From assembly GCA_965246895.1 (NCBI GenBank), contig OZ251993.1:838897-902896 (forward strand): a stretch of 64,000 nt of DNA, given 5' to 3'. The position numbers were made by a program, and so were the translations under genes. Under the pieces are notes generated by a model. That model was not told the DNA's origin. It searched no databases and saw only the letters and a list, made by a program, of their open reading frames with translations. Source of the DNA: Alphaproteobacteria bacterium. GTDB taxonomy: Bacteria; Pseudomonadota; Alphaproteobacteria; JAIXQD01. Below are positions 63,776 to 64,000 of this stretch, one piece after another (within the stretch, counting starts at the first letter, position 1; each line of letters opens with the position of its first letter).

Positions 63776-64000
63776 ATGACACAGGCATCAGTCGCAGTAC
63801 CGGCTTTTAAAACATTGCAAGGCACCGCCATTGGCGCTGCGGGCGGATTCATGGTCGGCGGGCCATTGGGCGCGCTGATTGGCACAGCTTTTGGCGCCGT
63901 GGCAGGGGCTGCCGCTGATTTCAGCCAGAGCCGCACGCGCAAGGCGCTCGCCGCAATGGAAGCGGCCTATGCAGATATCAGTTTCGTTGAGGCCAAGCCG
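63776..64000 (+). CDS. Glycine-zipper membrane protein (partial; runs off the window end)
   Basis: GGGGGAA Shine-Dalgarno then ATG. Translation is MTQASVAVPAFKTLQGTAIGAAGGFMVGGPLGALIGTAFGAVAGAA... (GxxxG repeats), open to the window edge. Confidence 0.35.
   Translation, partial: MTQASVAVPAFKTLQGTAIGAAGGFMVGGPLGALIGTAFGAVAGAAADFSQSRTRKALAAMEAAYADISFVEAKP

Overview
The window is a 64 kb, gene-dense stretch of an alphaproteobacterial-type chromosome; GC looks mid-50s % by eye. The left third carries the conserved housekeeping run recG / sdhE-mfd / glnA / tRNA-His, tRNA-Leu / tig-clpP-clpX-lon-hupB. A tRNA-Val and trhO follow. Next comes an incomplete chemosensory operon, cheA-cheW-mcp-cheR, ending in a GGDEF diguanylate cyclase, with no cheY or cheB. 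Then come uvrD-birA-prmA-pepP. The right half is on the minus strand: ligA-recN-bamD-lpxC, then the division/cell-wall (dcw) cluster ftsZ-ftsA-ftsQ...murC-murG-ftsW-murD-mraY-murE-ftsI-ftsL-rsmH-mraZ. The RNase P RNA gene (rnpB, minus strand, not visible to an ORF track) and a Tat-exported AmiC-type amidase operon lie at the far right.

The most unusual aspects are compositional and syntenic. Several short, visibly AT-richer islets each carry one uncharacterised gene. The most striking is a 521-aa ORF wedged between ftsA and ftsZ, a junction that is normally uninterrupted. The others are a 205-aa gene translationally coupled to a Nudix hydrolase next to mfd, a small ORF between tRNA-His and tRNA-Leu, and an FkbM-type methyltransferase abutting the 3' end of tRNA-Val. 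The dcw cluster itself is rearranged. murF is absent between murE and mraY. An IMPase-family gene replaces murB-ddl. A CMD-family gene separates ftsZ from lpxC. The mraZ upstream region has five phased TGGNN repeats (a presumptive MraZ operator) and an inverted pair of DnaA-box-like octamers.

No CRISPR array, IS element or prophage is evident. All functional calls come from reading motifs in the supplied translations. Nothing was searched against databases.
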